DNA from: Bdellovibrionota bacterium
GTDB lineage: Bacteria > Bdellovibrionota_C > UBA2361 > OMII01
Direction: 5' to 3'
DNA length: 64,000 bases
Assembly: GCA_044345405.1 (NCBI GenBank)
Contig: JBIJBE010000001.1
Span: 96,001-160,000 of the forward strand
Of the stretch, positions 1 through 10,374 are shown piece by piece. How positions within the stretch are numbered: position 1 is the stretch's first letter; each line of letters starts with the position of its first letter. The position numbers were made by a program, and so were the translations under genes. The notes below the pieces were generated by a model. It ran no database searches. It had not been told where the DNA came from and saw nothing but the letters and a program-made list of their open reading frames with translations.

Positions 1-80
1 AAAACAAAAAGAATCTTCGCTCTGAAGGTTCGTGAGATGGCAGAGAACCGTCGCCCGTTGGTAGTTATAGGTATGGTGCG

Positions 81-367
81 GCGAAGTTAAAGTAAGGTTC
101 GCGGTGATTCGAAAGGATCATCGATTTGGCGGTAATCGTTAAGCTTCGTAGCTTGTCTGACGACAAGCAGTGATGAAGCAAAAAAAGCCGCTCTCGCCAA
201 GGAAAAACGGCTTCTTTCGCAAGGAAAAGCCGCTCTGAGGTGAGAGGGGATAAGATTTCGGTCAAGCTAAGCTTGGTGAGGTTGAGAGATTCTCTCGAAG
301 ACCAATAAGTTTGGCTAGGTCGGTAAACCAACGTAGACGGTGAGTGGAGATTATTCCATTCGCCATC
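81..367 (+). ncRNA. Putative structured leader or ncRNA upstream of a small Lys-rich ORF (may extend beyond the window start)
   Basis: Hairpins read by eye: 102-123 (GAAA loop), 143-179, 208-232 (GCAA loop), 265-316, 336-367; several G-U pairs favour the + strand; no convincing ORF. Confidence 0.45.
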
Positions 368-384
368 AAACAGGAGAAAAGAAA

Positions 385-462
385 ATGGCAGCTAAGAAGA
401 AAGCAGCAAAGAAGACAACAGCTAAGAAGAAGACCACAAAGAAGGCAGCTAAGAAGAAGTAA
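385..462 (+). CDS. 25-aa Lys/Ala/Thr-rich basic peptide MAAKKKAAKKTTAKKKTTKKAAKKK (histone H1-like composition)
   Basis: AGGAG RBS at 372-376, ATG 385, TAA 460-462, intrinsic terminator follows; too short for the ORF track. Confidence 0.8.
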   Translation: MAAKKKAAKKTTAKKKTTKKAAKKK

Positions 463-481
463 GCTGACTCTTGTCTTTTTT

Positions 482-524
482 GGGAGCGGCCCTCGTTCTT
501 CGGAACTTGGGCCGCTTCTTTTTT
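482..524 (+). terminator. Rho-independent terminator
   Basis: GAGCGGCCC...GGGCCGCTTC stem with inner GTTC-TTCG-GAAC, then T run. Confidence 0.8.
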
Positions 525-609
525 GCCCAAAGGGCGGTTTTGATACGAGGTTCTATTAAAATCAACCCGGGCCGAGGCAAGGATATTTTCGTTTTTTGGG
601 GTGTGACCC

Positions 610-701
610 GGGAGGCCGGTCGTCCCCGACCGCCGCGTTGCGTAAGGCGGACATCATCTAAAGTGCGCGAAATTTCGACGACCGAGGACGGTCGCCCTCC
701 C
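610..701. repeat. REP doublet (REPIN-like): inverted 26-bp units at 610-635 and 676-701
   Basis: GGGAGGCCGGTCGTCCCCGACCGCCG ... CGACGACCGAGGACGGTCGCCCTCCC; same family at seven other intergenic sites. Confidence 0.85.
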
Positions 702-717
702 GCGACGCCAGTCCATC

Positions 718-2202
718 CTAGCGCAAATTCCTTTTCAACCCCTCAAGCCACCGACTCGAATTGCTGGTGTTGGTGGTCCCCGATGTCGCTAGGCCGTACC
801 GGAGCTTAGCTGGCGCCGAGATGGTGCGGGAACTTCCGCACACCACTTTCGCCTTAAAGTAGAAGCTTTGCGTTGAGGTGAGGGGTGGCGCCTCCGCGGC
901 GAATGAAGCGACCCGCGCGGTGCTTGTTGTCGCTCGACCAAGATTCCGGGTGGAGATCGGAGTGTATCGCCGACCATCCCCTGAACCGTACAAGATAACG
1001 GAGCATGAGGAGCTGCCTGTGGTGGTGAATGTGACCTGCGCATTAAATCGGGTCGGATCGGTGCTGTCGAGCGTTATGGTCGCGGGTGAGAGAAGTTCCG
1101 AACCGAGACATGATCCAGTTGAGGTGACGAAGTTGTAGATGCTTGTCAGAGCCCGCGACGTGAACCGGTTGTTCGCCTCAGTGATGGCGGGATTCATAAT
1201 AGAGTTGGCCTCACCGTCGTGTGTAGCGCTTAGGTTGTGCGCGAGCTCGTGCGCGGCGAGGAATGGTTGGAGCCCCGCGCTGACATCGCGCGAGAGCCCG
1301 ACGCCGTATCGGCCCCCCTGTGTACACGCCGCAGCGACATAGGCGATGCCGATCGTGAGTCCTTCAACGGACCGACCGGTGAAAAGGTGTCGAACGTCGG
1401 CGGGTGAGTTTGAAGCGAAGGCTCCCTGGCGGAACTCCTCCAAGAGATTGAGCGCGTCGATCGAGCCCCGTCGGCCGGTGGGTGATGAAGAGACTCGCTG
1501 ACTGACTATCTTAACGCGCACGCCAAGGCTTGAGGCGTAGATAGTGTCGACAGCGTTGAGTACGGCTCTGATGTACGTGTTGGTGTCGTCGCCGTGGATT
1601 CGACGGAATTCGTAATCAGCCTCGGTGGCGACCTCAAGAACGCGCGCCGGGCTAAAGAGCCCCGCTCGGTTCGCGCCAAATTTTCCACCAGAGGGGCGAT
1701 TTACGCGTCGCTTGCGAGAGGCGGCTGAGGTCGATGGTTCGTCGGCGTGTTCGTTCCCGTGACTTCCACACTCAAGCGTTTTCTCAGGAACCCGGGAGAC
1801 CCGTACCCGTTTGGTGATGAGCTTCGAGTCAGCTCGGGTGAGCGAGACGATTGCGGCCGCGGGTCTTCCGGTTCGTCGACTCGTATAGAAGATCCAGGCG
1901 CGGCGGTCGGCGATCGTGAGGGCGGCGGGGAGTTTCTCTCTCTGGAAGTTTCGTGGTCGCGCGTATCCAGAGAAATGCACCTCTTCGGTGGTGGTGGTGG
2001 CGGATTCGTGTGGAGCGAATACGAAACGCTCGAGTCCCTCTTGGGTGCGAAGGGTTACGTGAACCGTTTTGCTATCCGTTCTCTCAAGGGATACGAGTCG
2101 AGCGGTCACCGTCGGGATAGCGGCCGCGTCACACGCACAGGCTACGAACATACCCAGAGCAAGTGTGAGGATGGAGTAGAGGGAGGTCCTGAATCGGGAC
2201 AT
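718..2202 (-). CDS. Secreted M12B/reprolysin-like zinc metalloprotease
   Basis: HELAHNLSATHD zinc motif, SIMNP Met-turn, GIAYVAAAC, signal peptide; ATG 2202 chosen over GTG 2247. Confidence 0.85.
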   Translation of the reverse strand: MSRFRTSLYSILTLALGMFVACACDAAAIPTVTARLVSLERTDSKTVHVTLRTQEGLERFVFAPHESATTTTEEVHFSGYARPRNFQREKLPAALTIADRRAWIFYTSRRTGRPAAAIVSLTRADSKLITKRVRVSRVPEKTLECGSHGNEHADEPSTSAASRKRRVNRPSGGKFGANRAGLFSPARVLEVATEADYEFRRIHGDDTNTYIRAVLNAVDTIYASSLGVRVKIVSQRVSSSPTGRRGSIDALNLLEEFRQGAFASNSPADVRHLFTGRSVEGLTIGIAYVAAACTQGGRYGVGLSRDVSAGLQPFLAAHELAHNLSATHDGEANSIMNPAITEANNRFTSRALTSIYNFVTSTGSCLGSELLSPATITLDSTDPTRFNAQVTFTTTGSSSCSVILYGSGDGRRYTPISTRNLGRATTSTARVASFAAEAPPLTSTQSFYFKAKVVCGSSRTISAPAKLRYGLATSGTTNTSNSSRWLEGLKRNLR

Positions 2203-2379
2203 AACGACCGCGAGAAGGATAGGGTTGTACAACGAAGCCCCGAGCACCGCCTGCAGGGCCTTTACGTTTAGTATCAGAGGGGTAAACGCTAAGGAAGCCG
2301 GAACGTTGGAAAAGGGGCGTTAGAGGTGGTTATGGTTTGAATTAGGAGGTGGCGGTGGGGTTGACGCTTAGTAGATTGC

Positions 2380-2471
2380 GGGAGGGCGAGCATTCCTGCT
2401 CGCCGAAACATTTCATACCGCAATCGGTCTTGGCTTCACGTAACGCGGCGGTCAGGAATGACTGCCCTTCC
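2380..2471. repeat. REP doublet: units 2380-2405 and 2446-2471
   Basis: GGGAGGGCGAGCATTCCTGCTCGCCG ... CGGCGGTCAGGAATGACTGCCCTTCC. Confidence 0.85.
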
Positions 2472-2514
2472 TGGGTGCCGGCTCCCGGTAAGGGGGGGAG
2501 GATGGCTGACTCCG

Positions 2515-4362
2515 CTACCGATCAAACCCGATCCCCAACGACGCGTTCTCAGGTCCAAGCGCTTCACTTCTGAGACGGGCGTTGAACATCTGACCAGCGG
2601 CGAAGATGACTCGGGGCTCTCCTGCGTTTGATCCATCTGGACCGTCTCGGAACGGAAACGCCACGTCGATACGGGCGATGCCGCCGCCTGATGCTCGTGG
2701 GAAGCAGAACCGCAGTCCGAATCCCGCGTCCGCGTAGAGATCGGAGGTGAGGAGGTCTCCGAGCGAGTTCGATGCCGCTCCTCCGACATCAACGAAGACC
2801 GCGGTTCCTAAGCTCACCAGTTGGAATATGTCGTCAGCGATGTGCGAGCGCTCCTCGAGGTTCAGCACCGCGCGTTTGTCACCAGCGAATGTGTTGATCT
2901 CATACCCTCGCAAACCGGTGTCCGCGCCGAGAAGAAGTTGTCTGTCCTTGTCCAGCTTCTCTCCGAAATCGATGTAGAACTGGCTCGCGAAGGTGTGTCG
3001 CCCGAAGAAGCGCTCTCCCATGTAGAGATCTCCCATGACGGAGTATGCCTTCCACTCGGTGCGGATGATCGTGTTCTGTATCTCCTCCATGGTGTGGTCG
3101 TACCGCGTGGCTCCACCGATCTCTCCGCGAAGGAATGACGAGTTCGACGTCTTCCATCCTTTGCTTCGATTCGCTGTGGCAATTATCGAGTTGTCTCGTG
3201 AACCCAAGGAGCGGGGGGCGATCTGCATGTTTACGAGCGATTCATCCCCGAGGTTGTAATCCTCGACCCGGTCGAATCGGTCGATGTAGTTCATCGAGAT
3301 AAACTCGGGATGGATCGTCTGATACTGGAAGAGCGGTCCACTGAAGCGCCTATCGGTCGCGAGGTCGGCAGGATTGTTGCTCACCGTTGAGGGGTCGAGA
3401 TCGAGGTCCTGATAATCCTGCTCGTCGGCCTGGTGGAAGGTGGCGTCCGAGTAGCTGTATCCCACGGAGTATCGTTGCGAGAGGACCCACTGTCCCTTGT
3501 AAATACCGGTGTAGGGATCATCCTCCTGTGCAGGAAGGGCGCTTGGCCCCGCGAAGGTATAGAGGGCGTCGAAGCTGTTGAGGTGCTGGCGATAGATATA
3601 GGTCTCGGTTCCCGCGTTCCATAAACGGCCGATAGTGTCCGCGGTACCGCCGTCAAATGACCACGCGTCACGCTGCATCAGGCTTCGAAAGGGGAGTCCG
3701 TACGCGAAGCGAGTCGTTGTTCCGTCGGAACGGTCAGCGGCTCCGAGGAGGAAGTTATGACGGGTGCCTAGAAATTGAGGATCCTGCACCGCGGCGCCAA
3801 AGCTGTTTCTGGAGGCGTTCTGCTCGTATTTCGTTTCTACCCGGGTGGCTCCGCCGAGGAAGTTACCCTCCGAGATGCCAACGCCCTGATTGCGTTGACC
3901 GGTTCCCGAGGAGTAGCTGAGGTAGGGGATCAGGGTCCATGAATCCCTGGCCTCGACCATCACGTCCACCGCGTTGCCATCAAAGGTGGGGGTTATCTTG
4001 ATCTGTCGCAGAAACCGTTGCAGGCGGAGATTTCGAGCCGATTGCTTAATGAGATACGGATCAAAGGTGTCGCCCTCTCGAAAGAGGAGCTCCGTGCGGA
4101 TAACACTGTGCATGGTCGGAGTCTTGAGGCTGTTGACCAACCCATACGGGCCGCTGTCGTCCTCGAAGATCTCGCCAACTTTTATAGTAATTTTGCGGAT
4201 ATACCGCTTCTCTTTCTGAGGTTGGGATTTGTCGAGCGGAGCATCCGGATCGGTGACCGTAACCCCCTCAACCTGCATCGTCGTTGCCGCAGGCTCCGCA
4301 TAGCTCGATGTCGGGAGCGTTACCAGGGACACCGCAATTATGAGGAGACGAAAGAGGGGCAT
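2515..4362 (-). CDS. Omp85/BamA-TamA family outer-membrane protein with a POTRA-like region
   Basis: Signal peptide, VIRTELLFREGD POTRA-like segment, LRGY motif, DAGFGLR, ARIDVAFP. Confidence 0.8.
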   Translation of the reverse strand: MPLFRLLIIAVSLVTLPTSSYAEPAATTMQVEGVTVTDPDAPLDKSQPQKEKRYIRKITIKVGEIFEDDSGPYGLVNSLKTPTMHSVIRTELLFREGDTFDPYLIKQSARNLRLQRFLRQIKITPTFDGNAVDVMVEARDSWTLIPYLSYSSGTGQRNQGVGISEGNFLGGATRVETKYEQNASRNSFGAAVQDPQFLGTRHNFLLGAADRSDGTTTRFAYGLPFRSLMQRDAWSFDGGTADTIGRLWNAGTETYIYRQHLNSFDALYTFAGPSALPAQEDDPYTGIYKGQWVLSQRYSVGYSYSDATFHQADEQDYQDLDLDPSTVSNNPADLATDRRFSGPLFQYQTIHPEFISMNYIDRFDRVEDYNLGDESLVNMQIAPRSLGSRDNSIIATANRSKGWKTSNSSFLRGEIGGATRYDHTMEEIQNTIIRTEWKAYSVMGDLYMGERFFGRHTFASQFYIDFGEKLDKDRQLLLGADTGLRGYEINTFAGDKRAVLNLEERSHIADDIFQLVSLGTAVFVDVGGAASNSLGDLLTSDLYADAGFGLRFCFPRASGGGIARIDVAFPFRDGPDGSNAGEPRVIFAAGQMFNARLRSEALGPENASLGIGFDR

Positions 4363-4695
4363 TTCTAAAACTGCGTTTAAACAGAGCGCGCCATCCAAGA
4401 TGGTTGGAGGGCGGTGTGCCAAGGATTTTCTCCCAGGTGCCGCCCACATGTGGGAGGGAAAAACCTACGAGTACCCCTTGTTACTACTGGTAAGATGCAT
4501 GATCCGTCAATCAGAGAAGAGTTTATGCGTAATAAATTTGCCGCACGATTCGTACTCGATTTTTCCCGATTGGAAACGGGGGTTTTAAGCGTTCGTCAGA
4601 TCGGTTTTTTTGGCGCGAAGAGAGATCGTGCGAGCGGAAAAGTTAGAAGTGTCGGTCCGGATATCGTTGTGAATTCATTGACGGGATGGAGGTAG

Positions 4696-5997
4696 GTGGC
4701 TATCCTGCGCCGGATGTCTTCATGGGCCTTTTCTCGAAAAATTGCGTTACGTTACCTGTGGAGTAAGAGGTCCGAAGCCTTCATCTCGATTATCACCGTT
4801 ATCTCAGTAATCGGTGTCGCGATCGGAGTCATGGTTTTGAATATCGTCATGTCGGTCATGACGGGATTCGAACATGAATTGCGAGAGAAGATCGTAGGTA
4901 CCGATTCACACATCGTTATTAATAGTGCGACCGGGTCCGGTATCTTCGGATGGCGAGAGACCGCTCAAAAGATACAGCAGGTGTCTGGGGTTCTCTCTGT
5001 TTCTCCGTTTACCTATCACCAGGTTCTTATTCGTTCGGATTCCCGAGCCTCGGGTCTGCTCATTCGTGGAATCGAAAAGGGAAGCGCGTCGGCCGAGCAG
5101 GTCGCTCGGTACCTTCCTCCGCACCGCTCCCTTGATTCCCTCTTTAATCCTTCGCCGATCAACGTTCTTCTCGCCAATGGAGAGGAGCAGGAGGCGACCC
5201 TTCCGGGTATCTTGATCGGACGTTCGTTGGCTCAGACTTTGGGAGTTTTTGCCGGAACCCCCGTATCGATCCTCTCTCCGCAGGTGACCTCGACCCCGTT
5301 CGGGCTCGTTCCTTCCTTTCGAAGGTTCGTGGTTGTGGGCGCGTATAGCTCCGGACTCGTGGAGTACGAGAGCGGGGTCGCGTACATCAGCTTAGAGGAG
5401 GCGCAGCGATTCTTCGATATGCAGGGTGGTGTGACCGGGCTTGAGGTTCGAGTTCGTGATATCAACGCCGCGCCTGATATCGCCAAGCGTATCCACGCAG
5501 CCACCGGTGGTCTCGAGTCAGGACTTACTGTTCGTGATTGGACCGTCACCAACAAACCTTTATGGGACGCTATTCAGCTTGAGAAGCGTGTGTACTTTAT
5601 CGTGTTGCTCCTCATCATCGTTATGGCGAGCTTCTCCATCGTGACCACCCTCATCATGATCGTGCTTGAGAAGCGGAAGGACATCGCGGTCATGAAAACC
5701 CTGGGCGCTTCAACGCCGAGCATCGGTCGAATCTTCAGAATTCAGGGCGCCGTCATTGGTGGTCTCGGCACCATTATCGGACTCGCGCTCGGATTTGTCG
5801 GGTGCTGGGCGTTGAAGACCTACGGATTCCCGATCGATGAGCGCATCTTCCAGATGTCGACCCTGCCGGTGACTATCGATCCATTTAACTTCGCGATGGT
5901 CGGCGTTGCCGCGTTCTTGATCTGTTTCGTAGCGACTATCTATCCAGCGCGGAGAGCGGCGAGCTTAGAGCCGAGTGAGGTGCTTCGCTATGACTAA
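4696..5997 (+). CDS. lolE: Lipoprotein-releasing ABC transporter permease LolC/E
   Basis: IALRYL, SVMTGFE, EKRKDIAVMKTLGA, PARRAA; upstream of lolD. Confidence 0.9.
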   Translation: MAILRRMSSWAFSRKIALRYLWSKRSEAFISIITVISVIGVAIGVMVLNIVMSVMTGFEHELREKIVGTDSHIVINSATGSGIFGWRETAQKIQQVSGVLSVSPFTYHQVLIRSDSRASGLLIRGIEKGSASAEQVARYLPPHRSLDSLFNPSPINVLLANGEEQEATLPGILIGRSLAQTLGVFAGTPVSILSPQVTSTPFGLVPSFRRFVVVGAYSSGLVEYESGVAYISLEEAQRFFDMQGGVTGLEVRVRDINAAPDIAKRIHAATGGLESGLTVRDWTVTNKPLWDAIQLEKRVYFIVLLLIIVMASFSIVTTLIMIVLEKRKDIAVMKTLGASTPSIGRIFRIQGAVIGGLGTIIGLALGFVGCWALKTYGFPIDERIFQMSTLPVTIDPFNFAMVGVAAFLICFVATIYPARRAASLEPSEVLRYD

Positions 5998-6011
5998 GGG
6001 TGAGGGAGTTC

Positions 6012-6710
6012 ATGCGCATCGAAGTTGAGGGTCTCACGAAGCGGTACCGTGACGCCGATCGGGAGTTAACGGTTATCGATAACCTCTCATTCTCATTTCC
6101 TGATCGGGGTTCCGTCGCCATTATCGGTCGTTCCGGTACCGGTAAATCTACCCTGATGCACCTGCTTGGCGCTCTCGATACCCCGTCGTCCGGAAGCGTC
6201 ACGTATGGCGATACGAATATTAGCGCGCTCCGCTCTGATGAGCGCGCGGCGTTTCGCGCCAAGAATATCGGATTCATCTTCCAGTTTCATCATCTCCTTC
6301 CTGAGTTTAACGCGGTTGAGAACGTCGCGTTGCCGCTCATCATGTCGGGAGTGGCCGAGAGCGAGGCGCAGGCGAAGGCTGGCGCGTTGCTCGACAAGGT
6401 CGGTCTTGCGGCTCGCAAGGAGCACTTGCCCTCTCAATTGTCGGGTGGTGAGCAGCAGCGTGTCGCCATCGCCCGAGCGCTAGTGGCGCGTCCCGCGGTG
6501 GTTCTCGCGGATGAACCGACCGGTAACCTCGATATCGCCACAGCGTCAGAGATTCAACGCCTTCTCCTTGAGATAAATAGGGAGCAGGGGAGTACCTTAA
6601 TAATCGTTACACACAATCATGAATTGGCTCGCAGTCTCGATATGGTCGTTGAGATGCACCCGGGTGGTGCGCTCGTTGTCCAGGGTGAGGAACGAGGCGC
6701 AAACGCCTAG
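6012..6710 (+). CDS. lolD: Lipoprotein-releasing ABC transporter ATP-binding protein
   Basis: [36 protein letters not shown]. Confidence 0.93.
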   Translation: MRIEVEGLTKRYRDADRELTVIDNLSFSFPDRGSVAIIGRSGTGKSTLMHLLGALDTPSSGSVTYGDTNISALRSDERAAFRAKNIGFIFQFHHLLPEFNAVENVALPLIMSGVAESEAQAKAGALLDKVGLAARKEHLPSQLSGGEQQRVAIARALVARPAVVLADEPTGNLDIATASEIQRLLLEINREQGSTLIIVTHNHELARSLDMVVEMHPGGALVVQGEERGANA

Positions 6711-6725
6711 GAGTGGAAGATCCGT

Positions 6726-9038
6726 ATGAAGAGGTTAACCCTTACACGTCGAGCTGGGATTGTCTCCGCTGTTGTGATGGCGGTATTCGTGGCCTCGGCG
6801 CTGAAGCCGGCGCAGGCCCAGATCAGTGACGTCTATTCAGTTGGCGGTGTGGTCATAGAGGGAAATCGTCGTATCGACACGAACGCGATCCGGGTACAGC
6901 TTAAAGGGACGTACGGTCGGGTGACGGCGTCTGAGATCAATGAGGACGTGAAAACGCTCTACAACACCGGATTCTTCGATGACGTTACGGTGAGTGTCGT
7001 TACAACCCCATCGGGTGAGCGCAAGCTCAAGTATACGCTCGTCGAGAAACCTGTTGTTCGCAAGGTGCTGATTAAGGGGAACGACGAGGTCTCGGAGAGT
7101 GATCTCGCTGAGATCCTTACATTCGACTCCCGTCGCTTCGTGGATAAAGCGAAGATACAGTCGATGATTCGCAAGGCTGAGGTCTACTACCAAGCTCAGG
7201 GATTTTACGACGCGACACTCGATTATTCGACAACTCCCGTGGGAGAGAATGAGGTTGACCTCACCTTCGTCGCTAAAGAGGGTAACCGATATCGAGTTCG
7301 AGAGGTCAAGATCGAGGGGGCTAAAGACCTTGATGAGAGCGAGATGCTCTCCAAGATAGCCACCAAGGAGTACAACTGGTGGATTTCGTGGCTCCTCGGA
7401 ACGGGGCGCGTGAATGAGGAGATGACGGAAGCCGATAAGCAGGTACTCCGTCAGTACCTCATGGATCATGGGTATCTCGAGGGAACTGTTGGAAACGCCG
7501 ATATTGAGAAGCGCGACGATGGACTGTATGTGACCTTCGACGTGACTGAGGGGCAGCAGTACAAGATCGGTAAGATCTCGGCCTCCGGGGACCTCGCGAA
7601 GGATTCGGCTGAGTATACGTTAGAGGGCATCAAGAGCGAGTCTGGTGAGGTCTTTAGCGCCACCGATGTACGAAATGACATCTTTACCATCACCGATAAG
7701 TTTTCGGATGAGGGGTACGCGTTCGCGAACGTGGTACCTAACACCGCCGTGAACAAGCAGGAGTCGACCGTTGACCTCGACTTTACCACCACCAAGGGGA
7801 ATGTTGTTCGAATCAACAAGATTAACGTGAGCGGGAACGAGAAGACCTACGACAACGTCATTCGTCGTGAGTTGAAGATCGAGGAGCAGCAGCTCTACTC
7901 AGGGACCAAGATCAAACGGAGTCAGACGCTGTTGCAGCGATTAGGGTACTTCGATGAGGTGGGCATTACCAATCAGCCCACCAGTGATCCTTCGATGGTG
8001 GATCTCGATGTGAACGTGAAGGAAGCGACAACGGGAAGCTTCAGCGCGGGCGCGGGATACTCCACGAACAACGGCGCTATCTTCAACACGAAGGTGTCTG
8101 AGAATAACCTCTTCGGAACGGGGCGACGAGCGAACCTCAATCTCGACTTCGGTTCCCAGATCAGTAATCAGGTGCTCTCTATCGACGACCCGCGCGTGAA
8201 CGACACGTATGTGTCGGCTGGAGTGGACGCGCTCCGTACTACCCGAGTATTCGATGACTTCCGTCGCGAGTTAGCGGGAGGAGCGTTTACGGTCGGCTAT
8301 CCGGGTGAGCAGATCTTCGGTGAATGGCTTCAAGACATCAACTTCAACGTGAAGTATGAGGCCCTGAGAGTTGATATTTACGATGTCGACAGCGACGCCG
8401 CTCAGCTGGTCAAGGACTCATATGGGAAGTCTTCGGCCTCCTCCGTCACTCCGAGCCTCGTGCGAAATACTATCAACAATCCGATGAATCCAACGAAGGG
8501 GTCTAAGCAGGTTCTTCAAACGGAGCTTGCCGGGCTTGGCGGAGATCAGGATTTCTACCTCGTCGAGTTCCGAAATTCCTGGTACTACCCCCTCGCGGAG
8601 GGCTCGTGGGGTGAGGTCGTCATCGCCGATCGAACTAACTTCGGCTATGGAGAGAGCTTTAACGACAATCCGTTCCCGCTCTACCGACGGTTCTTCCCTG
8701 GAGGTATTAACTCCGTGCGTGGATATCGAAATCGAACCCTTGGCCCGGTTGATATCAATGATCAAGAGTACGGTGGTAGTAAGCAGATCGTGAACAACCT
8801 TGAGATGATCTTCCCACTTGTGAACTCCGCTGGATTCAAGGGCGTTGTGTTCTACGACTTCGGTCAGGCGTACGACGACAACAAGCCGATCGCGGTTGAT
8901 GAGCTGCGACAAGCGTGGGGGTACGGTATTCGATGGGCATCGCCGATGGGTCCGATTCGTGTTGAGTTCGGATACCCCATCGATCCTCAGGATGGCGAGA
9001 AGATGCAGACGATGTTCTCGTTTGGGGCGCCGTTGTAG
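6726..9038 (+). CDS. bamA: Outer membrane protein assembly factor BamA
   Basis: Multiple POTRA repeats (GN..T...VIRRE), VRGY motif, W.SPMGP; conserved lolE-lolD-bamA order. Confidence 0.93.
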   Translation: MKRLTLTRRAGIVSAVVMAVFVASALKPAQAQISDVYSVGGVVIEGNRRIDTNAIRVQLKGTYGRVTASEINEDVKTLYNTGFFDDVTVSVVTTPSGERKLKYTLVEKPVVRKVLIKGNDEVSESDLAEILTFDSRRFVDKAKIQSMIRKAEVYYQAQGFYDATLDYSTTPVGENEVDLTFVAKEGNRYRVREVKIEGAKDLDESEMLSKIATKEYNWWISWLLGTGRVNEEMTEADKQVLRQYLMDHGYLEGTVGNADIEKRDDGLYVTFDVTEGQQYKIGKISASGDLAKDSAEYTLEGIKSESGEVFSATDVRNDIFTITDKFSDEGYAFANVVPNTAVNKQESTVDLDFTTTKGNVVRINKINVSGNEKTYDNVIRRELKIEEQQLYSGTKIKRSQTLLQRLGYFDEVGITNQPTSDPSMVDLDVNVKEATTGSFSAGAGYSTNNGAIFNTKVSENNLFGTGRRANLNLDFGSQISNQVLSIDDPRVNDTYVSAGVDALRTTRVFDDFRRELAGGAFTVGYPGEQIFGEWLQDINFNVKYEALRVDIYDVDSDAAQLVKDSYGKSSASSVTPSLVRNTINNPMNPTKGSKQVLQTELAGLGGDQDFYLVEFRNSWYYPLAEGSWGEVVIADRTNFGYGESFNDNPFPLYRRFFPGGINSVRGYRNRTLGPVDINDQEYGGSKQIVNNLEMIFPLVNSAGFKGVVFYDFGQAYDDNKPIAVDELRQAWGYGIRWASPMGPIRVEFGYPIDPQDGEKMQTMFSFGAPL

Positions 9039-9064
9039 GTCAGGCGATCCTGCCATCCGTAACA

Positions 9065-9136
9065 CGGCGACCAGGAATGGTCGCCCTCCCGTTGTACCGT
9101 CCCGTGACTTGGGAGGGCGGTCATTCCTGACCGCCG
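9065..9136. repeat. REP pair, head-to-head: units 9065-9090 and 9111-9136
   Basis: CGGCGACCAGGAATGGTCGCCCTCCC ... GGGAGGGCGGTCATTCCTGACCGCCG between convergent genes. Confidence 0.85.
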
Positions 9137-9150
9137 CGGTACTTGAGGAT

Positions 9151-10374
9151 CTACGCCCTCAACACCGAATCATCCTTCTTCTCATCGGTGGGAAGTTTGG
9201 ACGCCTGCTCCTCCTCGTGTTCGTAGAAGAGCTGATGGCGAGGACGACGTCGCAGGAGGGCTACCGTGTCGTGATATCCTTGCTCCATTAACGCGTTGAG
9301 GTAATCAGGATCGAGGGCGCCATAGGACATCACCTCGTAGGCGAGGTCCTCGCCAAGTTTGGCTTTGACGAGCGTAAAGAGCGGCCACAGCGCGCCACAC
9401 GCGTTCATGAACTTCTTGTGTGAACTTCCAACGGCCGCTTTCAAGAGCGGTCCAAGAGCCGACGCCGGACGAATGGTGAGGGTCTGTGGTGGGCGCAAGC
9501 AGAAGGTATCTGACTCCGCCGGGACCTCCCACGTCGGTCGCGTATCGTGAGGCTCCCCGTAGTGATCGAACCACCACGAGCGTCCTGAGATGTCGATAAT
9601 GATGATGCGGTGCGCTCCGAGCCGGACAGCTGGATCCACGGGGACGTTCTGAGAGATACCACCGTCCACGAGACGAACCTTGCCGCGCTCCGTATCGATC
9701 TCAACCGGTGGAAGCACGGATGGAAGGGCCGCCGAGGCGAAGCCATGTTTCGCGGTGAGCTCGTTCACGTAGCACACGTCGAAGGTTGTGCCGTGCATCT
9801 GCTCTGGTGGGATCTCTTGGTGAGAGCTTAGGAAGAGCAGGGGTTTTCGTGATTCCCCCTCAAGGGTTGTCATCACGCCGACCGCTTTCAGGTTCGCCGC
9901 TCGGCCATCGGGGGTGAGTCCGCCGTTGGCTTGTAACGCGGCGTCCAGCTGGTCTCTGAGGGGCTCTGGATCGAAGAGGGTTACCTTTGACCCGTGAGGG
10001 CCGGGGGCGAGGTATTGCTCCGCCGCTATCCGGATTGCTCTAATGAAGGCCCGCGCCCGAGTGCCTGAAAAGGTGTTGCTGAACGTTCGCTCTCGCCACA
10101 ACTCTTCGAGGAGGTTTATTGAATGATTAAAGCTGGTCTTGAGCCCAGCCGATACCACGAGGCCGTTGACGGCGCCGATACTACTTCCGAGGATTATGGA
10201 GGTGCGGTCGAGGTCTTTCGAGATGACTTGGCCAAGAGCTTTGAGAGCACCTGCTTGATAGGCTGCGCGAACACCGCCACCTGACAGTACGATACCGAGG
10301 TCGCTCTCATTTTGTTCGAGGGAGCGTCGAAATGGTACCGCTAATTGGTCCTCTCCTTGGGGGCGCCTTTTCAT
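9151..10374 (-). CDS. Patatin-like phospholipase
   Basis: LSGGGVR, GSSIG nucleophile elbow, ASAALP, DGG. Confidence 0.88.
   Translation of the reverse strand: MKRRPQGEDQLAVPFRRSLEQNESDLGIVLSGGGVRAAYQAGALKALGQVISKDLDRTSIILGSSIGAVNGLVVSAGLKTSFNHSINLLEELWRERTFSNTFSGTRARAFIRAIRIAAEQYLAPGPHGSKVTLFDPEPLRDQLDAALQANGGLTPDGRAANLKAVGVMTTLEGESRKPLLFLSSHQEIPPEQMHGTTFDVCYVNELTAKHGFASAALPSVLPPVEIDTERGKVRLVDGGISQNVPVDPAVRLGAHRIIIIDISGRSWWFDHYGEPHDTRPTWEVPAESDTFCLRPPQTLTIRPASALGPLLKAAVGSSHKKFMNACGALWPLFTLVKAKLGEDLAYEVMSYGALDPDYLNALMEQGYHDTVALLRRRPRHQLFYEHEEEQASKLPTDEKKDDSVLRA

Noticed and set aside
344-559. 71-aa ORF with RRKQQRR repeats from the ORF track
   Set aside because: Off-frame reading of the 385-462 peptide; it runs through the terminator and lacks an RBS.
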